In this document: piece after piece, positions 54,749 through 63,734 of the stretch
Layout of the letters: every line of letters begins with the position of its first letter
How positions within the stretch are numbered: position 1 is the stretch's first letter
DNA from: Rickettsiales bacterium
GTDB taxonomy: Bacteria; Pseudomonadota; Alphaproteobacteria; Rickettsiales; JAJNBL01
Length of the DNA stretch: 64,000 nucleotides
Assembly: GCA_021156175.1 (NCBI GenBank)
Contig: JAJNBL010000003.1
Coordinates: 115,897 to 179,896, forward strand
Direction of reading: 5' to 3'
Program-made: the position numbers and the translations under genes
The notes under the pieces: generated by a model
The model's input: the letters and a program-made list of their open reading frames with translations, nothing else
Databases searched by the model: none
What the model was told of the DNA's origin: nothing

Positions 54749-55792
54749 ATGAAGAAAGTGGTGCGCGATCATTCCATTGATATTTTACGGGGGCTTGCGA
54801 TTCTCCTGATGGTGCCGGCGAATCTCGCGCCACTCATGGTGGAACCACACGGATTTTGGCTTCGCTTCTTAAGTTCGCTTCCTGCGCCGATATTTGTCAC
54901 GCTTTCCGGTATGATGATTGCCTTCATGATTAATCGCGATCCTAAACGGCATGACCTTAAACATTTTATCCAGCGCGGACTTTTCTTGGTTGGCATTGGA
55001 GCATTGATTGATATTGCCGCGTGGGGACTGCTGCCTTTCACAACAGTTGATGTGTTGTATCTGATTGGTATCACGACGCCGCTTGCTTATTTAGCAAATC
55101 GCTTGGAAACGCGCTGGCTGCTTGGGGGTATGGGAGTGCTGATTGTGGCTTCGGTGTTGTTGCAGAAATTTGTGGGCTATACCTTCTATCCTAGCGAATT
55201 TGCGCTCAATGGTCATTTGACACAAGATCTCCCCGATCAAACCTCAATTCCGTATCACTGGATTGCGGATGGGTGGTTCCCGCTTGTGCCGTGGTTTGGA
55301 TTTATGTTATGCGGATTACTGCTTGCGCGCCTTCGGTTTGAGAAGAAAAAGATCGCTTTTGATCAAAAGACATCCGTGATTGCTGCGATAATTTGTGCGG
55401 TAGGAGCACTCGGCTGGTATTTCTATCCTGGCCAGCATTACAGTCGCGAGGGTTTTAGCGAATTATTTTATCCTCCGGTTCCAGGTTTTATCCTCTTTAT
55501 GATGGGTTCTATTCCGTTGCTCTTATCCGCGATCGACCGCACCGCATCCTTTAAAGGTTGGCAATTCTTGATGCCGTTTGGGAAGGCGTCACTGTTCTTT
55601 TATATTGTGCATTTGTTGGTGATTGGGCGGATTATATTGGAGCTTTGGGAAGGCGTGGGGATAGTAAATTATCTGATAGTTCTTACCGGCCTTTACGCGT
55701 TCTTGTGCATTATTAATTGGTGCTTGGTGGAAGTGAAAGAACGTTTCGGGAAAAAGATGCCCCTGGCCGTTAGGTTTGTGGTAGGGGGATAA
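54749..55792 (+). CDS. membrane acyltransferase, DUF1624/heparan-alpha-glucosaminide N-acetyltransferase-like
   Basis: About 10 TM. The N-terminal signature SIDILRGLAILLMVPANL is typical of this family. Confidence 0.6.
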   Translation: MKKVVRDHSIDILRGLAILLMVPANLAPLMVEPHGFWLRFLSSLPAPIFVTLSGMMIAFMINRDPKRHDLKHFIQRGLFLVGIGALIDIAAWGLLPFTTVDVLYLIGITTPLAYLANRLETRWLLGGMGVLIVASVLLQKFVGYTFYPSEFALNGHLTQDLPDQTSIPYHWIADGWFPLVPWFGFMLCGLLLARLRFEKKKIAFDQKTSVIAAIICAVGALGWYFYPGQHYSREGFSELFYPPVPGFILFMMGSIPLLLSAIDRTASFKGWQFLMPFGKASLFFYIVHLLVIGRIILELWEGVGIVNYLIVLTGLYAFLCIINWCLVEVKERFGKKMPLAVRFVVGG

Positions 55793-55803
55793 TTCCCTGC
55801 TTT

Positions 55804-55899
55804 GTCATTCCCGTGTGGACGGGAATCCATTGCCAAATGTATGTACATTGGATCCCCGCCTTCGCGGAGATGACGACCTCTTTTAGTCGTTCTATACCT
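55804..55899. repeat. palindromic MITE/REP-like element, family 2, with the tail shared with family 1
   Basis: The left arm is GTCATTCCCGTGTGGACGGGAATCCA (55804-55829). The right arm is TGGATCCCCGCCTTCGCGGAGATGAC (55849-55874). The tail is GACCTCTTTTAGTCGTTCTATACCT (55875-55899). The tail overlaps the stop and last codons of the g15-like gene. Confidence 0.75.
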
Positions 55900-58800
55900 C
55901 CCCCTCTCCCGCTGTTCCCCGTCCGACTTTCTCCGAAAGTTGGTAGACTCTAATGCTTAACACACTCTGCGGAGCACCGAAGTCTGCCGTTTGCTCAAGC
56001 GCACTATAGGTCGCCGTGGGTGACGTTAAGCCTTCGATGGTACGTACGACCGTATCGCCATCCAGAATATCGACCTCATACGCTTCAGAGTTTTCGATGA
56101 GGGGAACATCCACCCCATCCCGCCATTCACCACCTACCCTTGTGCGGCGAATCCAGTGGAAAGTCAGGTTATCACTTCCATCACGCGTTCCTCTAATATG
56201 CACCGGCGCGTAGGGTTTCAAGCAATTGGCTGCCCAAGTGAAACTTTCCGCCTCCGTGGAGCCCAACGTATTCCCCACACTCACGGGTTTATAATCGCGC
56301 GGCAGTCCGATTACGGCTTCCGGCAATTGCATTTTGAGCAAATGGTTATTAAGCATAATAAAACGCTCGCCAGAGATATGAGTAGTCGTGGCGGATTCGG
56401 TATCGCAACGCCCACGAAGCAAGCCGCTCAATTCATATTTCCCCGGAGCAAGCAAGTTGGCCGTGGTGAATTGGATGATTTCATCACCCAACAGCGCCAC
56501 GTTTGCACCGTTAAGTACGCCAAGTTCCGAAGCGCTTGTCAGTTCTCCTGTAATCAAGCTCACTGTTACGGAATTGAGATGATCAAACACGGTAAGCGGC
56601 CCATCCGCCAATACTGTTAGGCTTGCGCCAGCGGTGGCAGCGTTTGGAAGCGATGCGACGATATCATAACCTTCTCCGCCATCGTTGGAACGATAGAGTA
56701 CCGCACCTTTCCATCCTGCTTCAAGCCCGCTTGCGCCTACACGCAATGTGCCATCCACATCATCATTGGGAAGCGAAGGTAGATCGAGGAAATGCAGCAA
56801 TGTTTCTCCAGGAGATAGGAGAATTTCTGTGCCATTGCTGATGCCCTCGCCTGCTGGATTATAGAAATCGTAATTGCTTGCGGCATGTGCAACACCACGG
56901 ATCCGCAAACGGTTGCTGGCCGTCATATAGATTCCGGTGATGCGGATCGTATGCGAAGCGCCCTCAATCGTGGTGAGTGTAACAACATCCGAAGGTTCTA
57001 GATGCGCATAGGAAAGTGGGAGTTCAAACTGATAGCGCGTGCGCTCCAACCAGGTGTTATAGAGTGTTCTATCGGCAATATTTTTTGCTTCCTGATCGCT
57101 CATCACGATGGGAAGCAGAAGCGATTCCGTGCCCAAACTTGCTGCCGTGAGACGCGCAGAATGTTGATTGCCGGGCTGGTAATCTTTCAGGCGGTTGATG
57201 TAATTGACGTTAATGTGATTTGGCAGCATCAATTCCTGCTCGCGCGCGATGCCCAGCACCTCTCCTTTATTCGCACCTTCGCGCGTATCGGGGAGAAGGT
57301 CAGATTCAGGAATTTCGATAATCGCCTCGCCCGCGCGCGGCAAGCAGGTGATTTTCCCCGCCGATTCCACCGCATCGAAGAAATAGGCCTGTTGCAGTGC
57401 TTCAATCGCATCGCGTGCGGTGATCTGTCCTGCGAGTACAAAACCTTCGACGAGATTATAAAGAGCATGCGTGTTGAAATCGTCCTCCGATAAACCGGAA
57501 CGCCGCATTAAATCTGCAACAATGGCTCCCAGGTTTGATAAGCCGATTTTCCCTTGAATCCAATGACCTGTTGCCCAAAGTGCGGTATCGCCCCAAACGG
57601 AAGTCAGCGCTGGCCAAAACGGATAAGGCCGCGCATCCCATGTCCAAATGAACATACGCTCGACCATGTCCGAATTTTCCCATTTTTTAAGCGTGGCATT
57701 CAGCGCCTGACGCTGCGCGAAGAAATCCACGCGGCCTTGTGAATGGCGCGGGAAAGAACTTTCCGAGCTGTTTGGGTCGTAAAATACGTTTGGCTGATTG
57801 CTTGCCCCATCAACACTTGGGAAACCAAATTCGGTGAACCAAATTTTCTTCGATTCCGGTTCCCAGTCGGTGGTGCTGCTATCGGGATTGGTATGGGTAT
57901 GGCTCCACCAATAACTGATATTTTTCCATGCATAGGCGGGTGCGAGTGGCGTTTGGACGGTGCGTTCTTCATCAGAATAATACCAGTTATAGCCCTCGCC
58001 CGACGTCCAGCCATCCATGATTTTTTGTTCCGTGATGCCGGATTGTGGCTCATCGGTGAGCGGGAAATAGGCATCAATGCCGATCACATCAATGTTCGGG
58101 GAAGCCCAAAGCGGATCGAGGTTATACCAGCCGCCTGTGGTGTGATGGTATTCCGACCAGTCAGCGGCGTAAGTCACTTTCACGGATCCGCCTAAGGTGG
58201 ATTTAACGGATGCAGCGAGGCTTACGAGTTGATCGACAGCCGGGAAGCTATCATCGACTGCTTGAACGCTTGTGAGGCCGATGAGTTCAGAGCCGATCAC
58301 AAACGCATCGACTTTTCCCTCTACCAAGTTCGCGTAATGAGTGATGAATGCGTTATAGCCATTTGTTTTTGTAAAGAAGTTGGAGACTTCGGATGACGTT
58401 CCCGTCACCCTTCCCCGCCACGGTTTATTTGTCGTGTCCATAAAGAACATGGGGTAGAACATGATGTTGTAGCCACGTGTCCGGAGTTCGTCGAGATAGC
58501 GCAACAAGCTTTCATCCGATGGCGTACCGCCATAGACGGGATTGCCATCATCATCCAGGCTGATCGTATGTGCGTTTACGCGGGTGAAGCTGCCGACTTC
58601 CCAAAGCTCGGGCGCAGTGATGGCGCCGCTGGTATATTCGACGCCGGGTTTGATGATGCAGTCGCCCGCGTCAATAGAGTTGCCAAACCAGGTAACGACG
58701 ACGGCGATCCACTGGGCGTTTGGAAGATTGGCTTGCAACTGATCAAGTGCGACAAGCGTATCAGCTTTCGCACTGCGGTTATTCTGGTTGATTCTGAATT

Positions 58801-59593
58801 GCTGCCCGGTTTGGACGAACTCGCCGCCACCTAAATCCTCAACGATGATCTTGTTTTGGATTTGCGTATCATACACGAACTCGCCGGAGCCTGGGATCAT
58901 GACGATATCGGTGATGCGTTCTTCGAGCGGAGTTTCATCCTCGCGCACTTGATTCACCGTCCGGCGAACTTCGAAGGTGAAGTTCGGAATGCGATTGCCA
59001 AAATCGCCCAGCGGAAAATCTTCGATGACGACATAAGCGAGTCCACGGAAGGCAGGCGTCTGGCCAACTCCTTCGATACTTTCAATCAACGGATCAGGGA
59101 GTTGCGCTTCGCCGCCGCGATGGATGCGGTAAGTCCCCTGGGTGGGATCGACGGTTTTCGCATCCGCCCAGACGCGCAAGATTTCATCGATCCGTCCTTC
59201 GCAAATTGCAATAGCGAGCGAGACGGTATACCGATAGGAGACATTGCCATCGGTTTGACGTGCGGTGAGGCCGCCTTTTCCTCCGCCGCCTTGGGGTACA
59301 GCGATTTCTTGGATTGCTTGCGACCAGATGATATTTCCTGCCATTCGGACAGTTCCGTATAAAATCGGAATCATCCTACCATAGACGGAGCTTTGCACTT
59401 CCAGGTTATCGAGCCGTGGGCCTCGGCCGGATGCACCTCCCCGCCCGCGATTGCTGATAGCAGAAAAGAGTGCAGCATCGGCAGCTTTTCCGACGATACT
59501 TGCGCCTAATTGAATCGCGGCGGCAGTCGTTGCGCTTGCGCCAACGGAAGAGCTCACGGCATTGGCTGCCGCGGTAAATACGATTTGTGCCAT
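55892..59593 (-). CDS. gene transfer agent (RcGTA) ORFg15-like host-specificity / baseplate 'megatron' protein
   Basis: 1233 aa. The N-terminus MAQIVFTAAANAVSS...RGPRLDNLEVQSSVYGRMIPILYGTVRMAGNIIWSQ matches the conserved g15 start. A central GTA TIM-barrel-like region follows (WFGNSIDAGDCIIKPGVE), then a C-terminal phage-tail-like region. Confidence 0.8.
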   Translation of the reverse strand: MAQIVFTAAANAVSSSVGASATTAAAIQLGASIVGKAADAALFSAISNRGRGGASGRGPRLDNLEVQSSVYGRMIPILYGTVRMAGNIIWSQAIQEIAVPQGGGGKGGLTARQTDGNVSYRYTVSLAIAICEGRIDEILRVWADAKTVDPTQGTYRIHRGGEAQLPDPLIESIEGVGQTPAFRGLAYVVIEDFPLGDFGNRIPNFTFEVRRTVNQVREDETPLEERITDIVMIPGSGEFVYDTQIQNKIIVEDLGGGEFVQTGQQFRINQNNRSAKADTLVALDQLQANLPNAQWIAVVVTWFGNSIDAGDCIIKPGVEYTSGAITAPELWEVGSFTRVNAHTISLDDDGNPVYGGTPSDESLLRYLDELRTRGYNIMFYPMFFMDTTNKPWRGRVTGTSSEVSNFFTKTNGYNAFITHYANLVEGKVDAFVIGSELIGLTSVQAVDDSFPAVDQLVSLAASVKSTLGGSVKVTYAADWSEYHHTTGGWYNLDPLWASPNIDVIGIDAYFPLTDEPQSGITEQKIMDGWTSGEGYNWYYSDEERTVQTPLAPAYAWKNISYWWSHTHTNPDSSTTDWEPESKKIWFTEFGFPSVDGASNQPNVFYDPNSSESSFPRHSQGRVDFFAQRQALNATLKKWENSDMVERMFIWTWDARPYPFWPALTSVWGDTALWATGHWIQGKIGLSNLGAIVADLMRRSGLSEDDFNTHALYNLVEGFVLAGQITARDAIEALQQAYFFDAVESAGKITCLPRAGEAIIEIPESDLLPDTREGANKGEVLGIAREQELMLPNHINVNYINRLKDYQPGNQHSARLTAASLGTESLLLPIVMSDQEAKNIADRTLYNTWLERTRYQFELPLSYAHLEPSDVVTLTTIEGASHTIRITGIYMTASNRLRIRGVAHAASNYDFYNPAGEGISNGTEILLSPGETLLHFLDLPSLPNDDVDGTLRVGASGLEAGWKGAVLYRSNDGGEGYDIVASLPNAATAGASLTVLADGPLTVFDHLNSVTVSLITGELTSASELGVLNGANVALLGDEIIQFTTANLLAPGKYELSGLLRGRCDTESATTTHISGERFIMLNNHLLKMQLPEAVIGLPRDYKPVSVGNTLGSTEAESFTWAANCLKPYAPVHIRGTRDGSDNLTFHWIRRTRVGGEWRDGVDVPLIENSEAYEVDILDGDTVVRTIEGLTSPTATYSALEQTADFGAPQSVLSIRVYQLSEKVGRGTAGEGEV

Positions 59594-59735
59594 GAGGGAA
59601 CCTGTTGATGGTTGGAGAATAAAATATCTTAAGAAGAAAGGGGGTATGGGTTTCTAATTGCAAAAAACTCTGGATTTGTTAATCTTCCTCGTACCACGCT
59701 ATAGAGAGCAACGTTAATTTACACAGGATAAAGCC

Positions 59736-60875
59736 ATGAAACGTAGACGCGAAACGCCCCCAACAGTATCCCATAGTCAAACGTCGGAAACAGCACCGAC
59801 TACCCCTCCCCTGAATTGGTCGCAAGACCTGTCGCCTGATCTGCGCGCAGAATCATTGCCAGATTCGGAGGAAGGCGTGCAAACCAAAAGACCTCGACTT
59901 TTACGGGAGAATGCTCGTACTAGAGAGGATGCAACGTTTGAAGCACGTGTTATTTTTCAGCAACTTTTCCAAAAACTTTTACGTGAGAGTAAGCGCAATG
60001 GTGAAAACTGGGATGAGAACGTGATCCAGGCCATTACCGATTTTTGTGATAATTCTCCCCTTGATCCTCTTGTTTTAAGTGGGCTTGATTTTTCAGAAGC
60101 CCACAGCATTTTGCCGATTTGCAGGCTGCTTGAAGCGAATAGTCCGCATTTTTCTTCCCTTGTCTTAAAAGATTGTAGCATCAGTTCAGCAAGCATGCTC
60201 GCGTTGGCAGAATCGCTCAAGAAGAATACGATGCTTCTGACGATTGATCTTACGGGTACGCATTTGGGTAATGTGGGGATAGCGACTCTTTTGGGAGCGT
60301 TAAAAGCACAACCAGAGAACAGTCTGCATAGTCTTATTCTTGTGAATACTGATATTACAGATGAATTAATGAATTTAGTTAAAGCGTTTCTCATGGATAA
60401 TAGAACCCTCGCTGAATTACGCTTAGAGAACAATTCGATTTCTGAGAAATTTTTAGACCAGATTCAGGAAATAATTATACACAATATCACGGGGGAGCCA
60501 AAACATGTCGATGTTGAATCTCCTTCGTCGGAAGAATCGATTGAACCTCCTGTTCCTCCAGCATATTCAGGGCGTAGTTCATCTAGGGATACTCCACCAT
60601 TTAATATTTATTCCTCGGATGAATCTCCGTCTTCTTCGCCTACGCGAATAAAACCTGCGCCACTTTTTTCTTCTTATGATCCTTCTTCTTATCGGAGTCG
60701 AGTACAACCTGCTCTTTCTAGGGAAAAAACGCTACTCTCTTCTGCTGCTTACGCGGAAAAGAAGCATTCTTCCGATGAGCAATCTCCTAATTTATGGACG
60801 GGGCGAACACGCTCTTCTTCAAAGAAAGAAGAGGATGAAAAAGGCACTGGTTCACCATCGTTTGGTAGACAGTAA
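59736..60875 (+). CDS. leucine-rich-repeat (RI/RNI-type) protein with Ser/Pro-rich N- and C-terminal regions
   Basis: 28-29-aa RI-type LRRs: FSSLVLKDCSISSASMLALAESLKKNTMLLTIDLTGTHLGNVGIATLLGALKAQPENSLHSLILVNTDITDELMNLVKAFLMDNRTLAELRLENNSIS. The N-terminus contains KRPR. Confidence 0.7.
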   Translation: MKRRRETPPTVSHSQTSETAPTTPPLNWSQDLSPDLRAESLPDSEEGVQTKRPRLLRENARTREDATFEARVIFQQLFQKLLRESKRNGENWDENVIQAITDFCDNSPLDPLVLSGLDFSEAHSILPICRLLEANSPHFSSLVLKDCSISSASMLALAESLKKNTMLLTIDLTGTHLGNVGIATLLGALKAQPENSLHSLILVNTDITDELMNLVKAFLMDNRTLAELRLENNSISEKFLDQIQEIIIHNITGEPKHVDVESPSSEESIEPPVPPAYSGRSSSRDTPPFNIYSSDESPSSSPTRIKPAPLFSSYDPSSYRSRVQPALSREKTLLSSAAYAEKKHSSDEQSPNLWTGRTRSSSKKEEDEKGTGSPSFGRQ

Positions 60876-60881
60876 CCCTCT

Positions 60882-61352
60882 ATGCAACGCTTTTTCGTAA
60901 TTCTTCCACTCCTTCTTAGCCTTACCGGATGTAGTTTCTTTGCGTTTGGGAAAGGTGAGAAGGTGTGGGTGAATTCGAATCCTTCCCATGCGCTTGTGCG
61001 CTTCTCGACCGGTGAAATGTGTTATACGCCGTGTGAAATGCTCTATGGCAATCGGGAAGAATTTTCAATCACGGTGGCGAAACCCGGCTATAAACCCGTG
61101 ACTGTGCCAATCTCTACCCGTTTCTCCGGAAAGCGTTCGCTGACGATGCTCGGCGATATTCCCGGAGGCCCTGTTGCAGGAGTGGGAGATCTTGCCTCCG
61201 GTGGCACACGGATGTTCTCTCCGAATCCGATTGATGTCTGGCTAGAACCCATTACCCCTTGGAATAGTGAAGGCCTGCGCAATATTACCGAAGAACCGAT
61301 GCCAAATACTCGGCTGCTTCCGTTCCGTCCGGTTGATCCTGTAGAGCGTTAA
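60882..61352 (+). CDS. lipoprotein with PEGA-like domain
   Basis: Lipobox LLLSLTG|C. The PEGA-like core is SNPSHALVRFSTGEMCYTPCEM...FSITVAKPGYKPVTVPI. Confidence 0.7.
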   Translation: MQRFFVILPLLLSLTGCSFFAFGKGEKVWVNSNPSHALVRFSTGEMCYTPCEMLYGNREEFSITVAKPGYKPVTVPISTRFSGKRSLTMLGDIPGGPVAGVGDLASGGTRMFSPNPIDVWLEPITPWNSEGLRNITEEPMPNTRLLPFRPVDPVER

Positions 61353-61473
61353 AGCATTTTCCATTTAATCGTACGCGGTGTCGTGCATCGGATTCGTCGG
61401 TCCGCACGTAGGTCTACTACGCTTACGGCCCCCTCCCCTTGCACTCCTTGCGTACGATTAAAGCGAGAACGCT
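61353..61473. repeat. palindromic element, family 4, long copy
   Basis: The outer arms are AGCATTTTCCATTTA (61353-61367) and TAAAGCGAGAACGCT (61459-61473). The inner perfect inverted repeat is TTAATCGTACGC (61365-61376) / GCGTACGATTAA (61450-61461). It shares its ends with the copies at 30859-30913 and 26476-26504. Confidence 0.65.
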
Positions 61474-61567
61474 TTAGCCCTTTTCGGACGCTGCAACGGC
61501 ATAATCACATATATAATTTATACCCGCCCTTCTACCCTTTATTTTCAGCGAAAAAATGGAGGTAGTG

Positions 61568-62341
61568 ATGGGCAATATTTTGGCGCGTTTATTCAGAAAA
61601 GAATCGTATGCGGGGCTGCTTTCGGATAAAGCCAACCGACACCAAGAGCGTGGACAACGCATCATCGAAAAGCATCAGGAAGTGCAAGATATGCTTAATG
61701 ATGACTTATTCGCAGCAGTGCGACATCAAGATATTACTCAAATAAAATTAGTGCTCTTGCAGGGAGCGCAAATCAATGCCCGAAACGGGGAAAATTCCAC
61801 CCCCCTTCATGAAGCGGCACGGAGGGATTTTAATAATGTGATGGCCGCACTGATCCAATGGGGTGCGAATGTCAATGCCCGTAATAGTGAGGATCGCACG
61901 CCGCTGCAGGTGCTCTTACATCGTTATGATAATACGAATGTCGGAGGAATGGTTTTGCTTCTACTTTCCAGTGCGATTGTGGATAAACATGATGTGGAAT
62001 CCTTACAAAGCCGGTTGAATTTATCGCATAACGATTTTTCGCAGTTCTTTTTTTCTGTGAATGATGTTAGGGGCGTTACACAACATTACTTCCTTAATCA
62101 GCTGCGCAAGGAAGTCTTTGTTCATGCGGTACAGTCCCATCAAGCGCGAGGCTCTCTCGCGATACCGTTACAGAAATATGACGCAGAGAGTGAGGAGTTG
62201 ATGCTGCTGAATAAATCTTCAGGAAGATTGCGCAATTCTCCCCCCGCTCCTGTGATTTCCAGGAACAGTAAGCGCAAAAGTTTCGCGGAGAACTTGAAAT
62301 CCAGTGTGAAAAATTCTCAAAAACGTGCAGAACGCTATTAA
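61568..62341 (+). CDS. ankyrin-repeat protein (N-terminus MGNILARLF)
   Basis: ANK signatures are GENSTPLHEAARRDFNNVMAALIQWGANVNARN and EDRTPLQVLL. The ATG at 61568 has GGAGG 5 nt upstream and is preferred over 61556. Confidence 0.8.
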   Translation: MGNILARLFRKESYAGLLSDKANRHQERGQRIIEKHQEVQDMLNDDLFAAVRHQDITQIKLVLLQGAQINARNGENSTPLHEAARRDFNNVMAALIQWGANVNARNSEDRTPLQVLLHRYDNTNVGGMVLLLLSSAIVDKHDVESLQSRLNLSHNDFSQFFFSVNDVRGVTQHYFLNQLRKEVFVHAVQSHQARGSLAIPLQKYDAESEELMLLNKSSGRLRNSPPAPVISRNSKRKSFAENLKSSVKNSQKRAERY

Positions 62342-62363
62342 CAGGATTCTGGAACCTAAGGCA

Positions 62364-62396
62364 GCATATACGAATGTAAAACTTATATGCTTTTTT
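62364..62396 (+). terminator. rho-independent terminator
   Basis: GCATATA-(13 nt)-TATATGC followed by TTTTTT. Confidence 0.6.
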
Positions 62397-62435
62397 GTAA
62401 TACCTAAAGTACATCAATTGTAACCAGAGGTATTT

Positions 62436-63671
62436 ATGAGAATTATCAGAAGTATATTACAAAGTATTGGGTTGGGTCACTACTATACCGATCCCTCGTT
62501 AAATGAACCTCTTTTTGTTGCAACTCGAGAAGGGGATGTTGAGCAGATGCAAGCTCTTTTGCTTCAGGGAGCAGACGTGAACGCGCAAAAAACAGATAAA
62601 ATGACGCCCCTGCATGTTGCCGCATCCCGTAATAACCCTTATGCAACGGAATGCTTAATCGAATGGTATGGCGATATGAATGCGCGCAATAAATTAAATC
62701 AAACGCCGCTGGATCTTGCGATTGCTTATAGGGGCAGTGTATTTCGTCACGACTCAACTGCCGAAAGAATAGAGACCATTCACACCTTGATTGCGCACGG
62801 AGCAAATGTGGATACTATCGATATTGATTGCAACACCCCTTTATACACAGCCTCCTACCAAGGGGATATTCCTGTGATGTCGATGTTGCTTAATGCCGGC
62901 GCTCAAGTAAGAGGCTCATCGCTTAGAGATTCCCCCCTACATGCCGCCGCATTTAATGGTCATATCCTAGCAATCGACCTTCTGCTCGATCACGAAGAGG
63001 GGCTTATTCATCGTCGGGATAATAACGGCAATACAGTGCTGCATCAGGCAGTCCATTATAGCAAACCCGGTGTTATCGACTTTTTACTGACACGAGGCGC
63101 TGATATCGACGGGGTCAATAGCGAAGGACTCACACCATTAAACCGGGCTGCGCTTGCGGGCAGCATTGAGGCAATGAGCTGTTTGATTTGGCATGGGGCA
63201 GATATCAATGCAACCACTTTGGAGGGAAAAACCATCCTTCATCAGCTTCTCCATTCGGGAGCTATCAATCCGGAAGATAGCCATAATGCGATTACGTTGC
63301 TGATTGGATCCGGCGCAGTCATTGCGGGAGAAGAAATTGCGCTTATTCAGAAAAAATTGGAGCTTCAATCTCAGGATGTTCCCCTCTACTTCAAGGGCTC
63401 TGCCTGCCAACCGGTGAACTATATGCTAAAAGCGGAGTTGAAGGAAAAATGGTTGAAGGATTATACTAAAGAGAAAGGAAAAGAAGAATTGCTGGAGAAT
63501 CCCTTCCGGAAGGCAAAGCTTACTGTTAAGAAGAAAGATGATGCGCCACTTATGGACGTTACTATGGGGGAGAATCTTCCAAAAGAGCCTGGCCCTTTTG
63601 CCAAGAAAATTCTAGAAAAATTCACGGCTGGCACCGAGAAAAGCAAGGAGTCTTCTGTATTTTATGGGTAG
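62436..63671 (+). CDS. ankyrin-repeat protein (about 8 ANK repeats)
   Basis: Repeated canonical units are present: MTPLHVAASRNNPYATECLIEWYGDMNARN, NTPLYTASYQGDIPVMSMLLNAGA, DSPLHAAAFNGHILAIDLLL, GNTVLHQAVHYSKPGVIDFLLTRGADIDGVN, LTPLNRAALAGSIEAMSCLIWHGADINA. Confidence 0.9.
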   Translation: MRIIRSILQSIGLGHYYTDPSLNEPLFVATREGDVEQMQALLLQGADVNAQKTDKMTPLHVAASRNNPYATECLIEWYGDMNARNKLNQTPLDLAIAYRGSVFRHDSTAERIETIHTLIAHGANVDTIDIDCNTPLYTASYQGDIPVMSMLLNAGAQVRGSSLRDSPLHAAAFNGHILAIDLLLDHEEGLIHRRDNNGNTVLHQAVHYSKPGVIDFLLTRGADIDGVNSEGLTPLNRAALAGSIEAMSCLIWHGADINATTLEGKTILHQLLHSGAINPEDSHNAITLLIGSGAVIAGEEIALIQKKLELQSQDVPLYFKGSACQPVNYMLKAELKEKWLKDYTKEKGKEELLENPFRKAKLTVKKKDDAPLMDVTMGENLPKEPGPFAKKILEKFTAGTEKSKESSVFYG

Positions 63672-63734
63672 GTGTCGATTAATACTCCGACAGCCTTCAG
63701 TAATTTCCACTACAAAATTCAAACCGAGGTAGTT

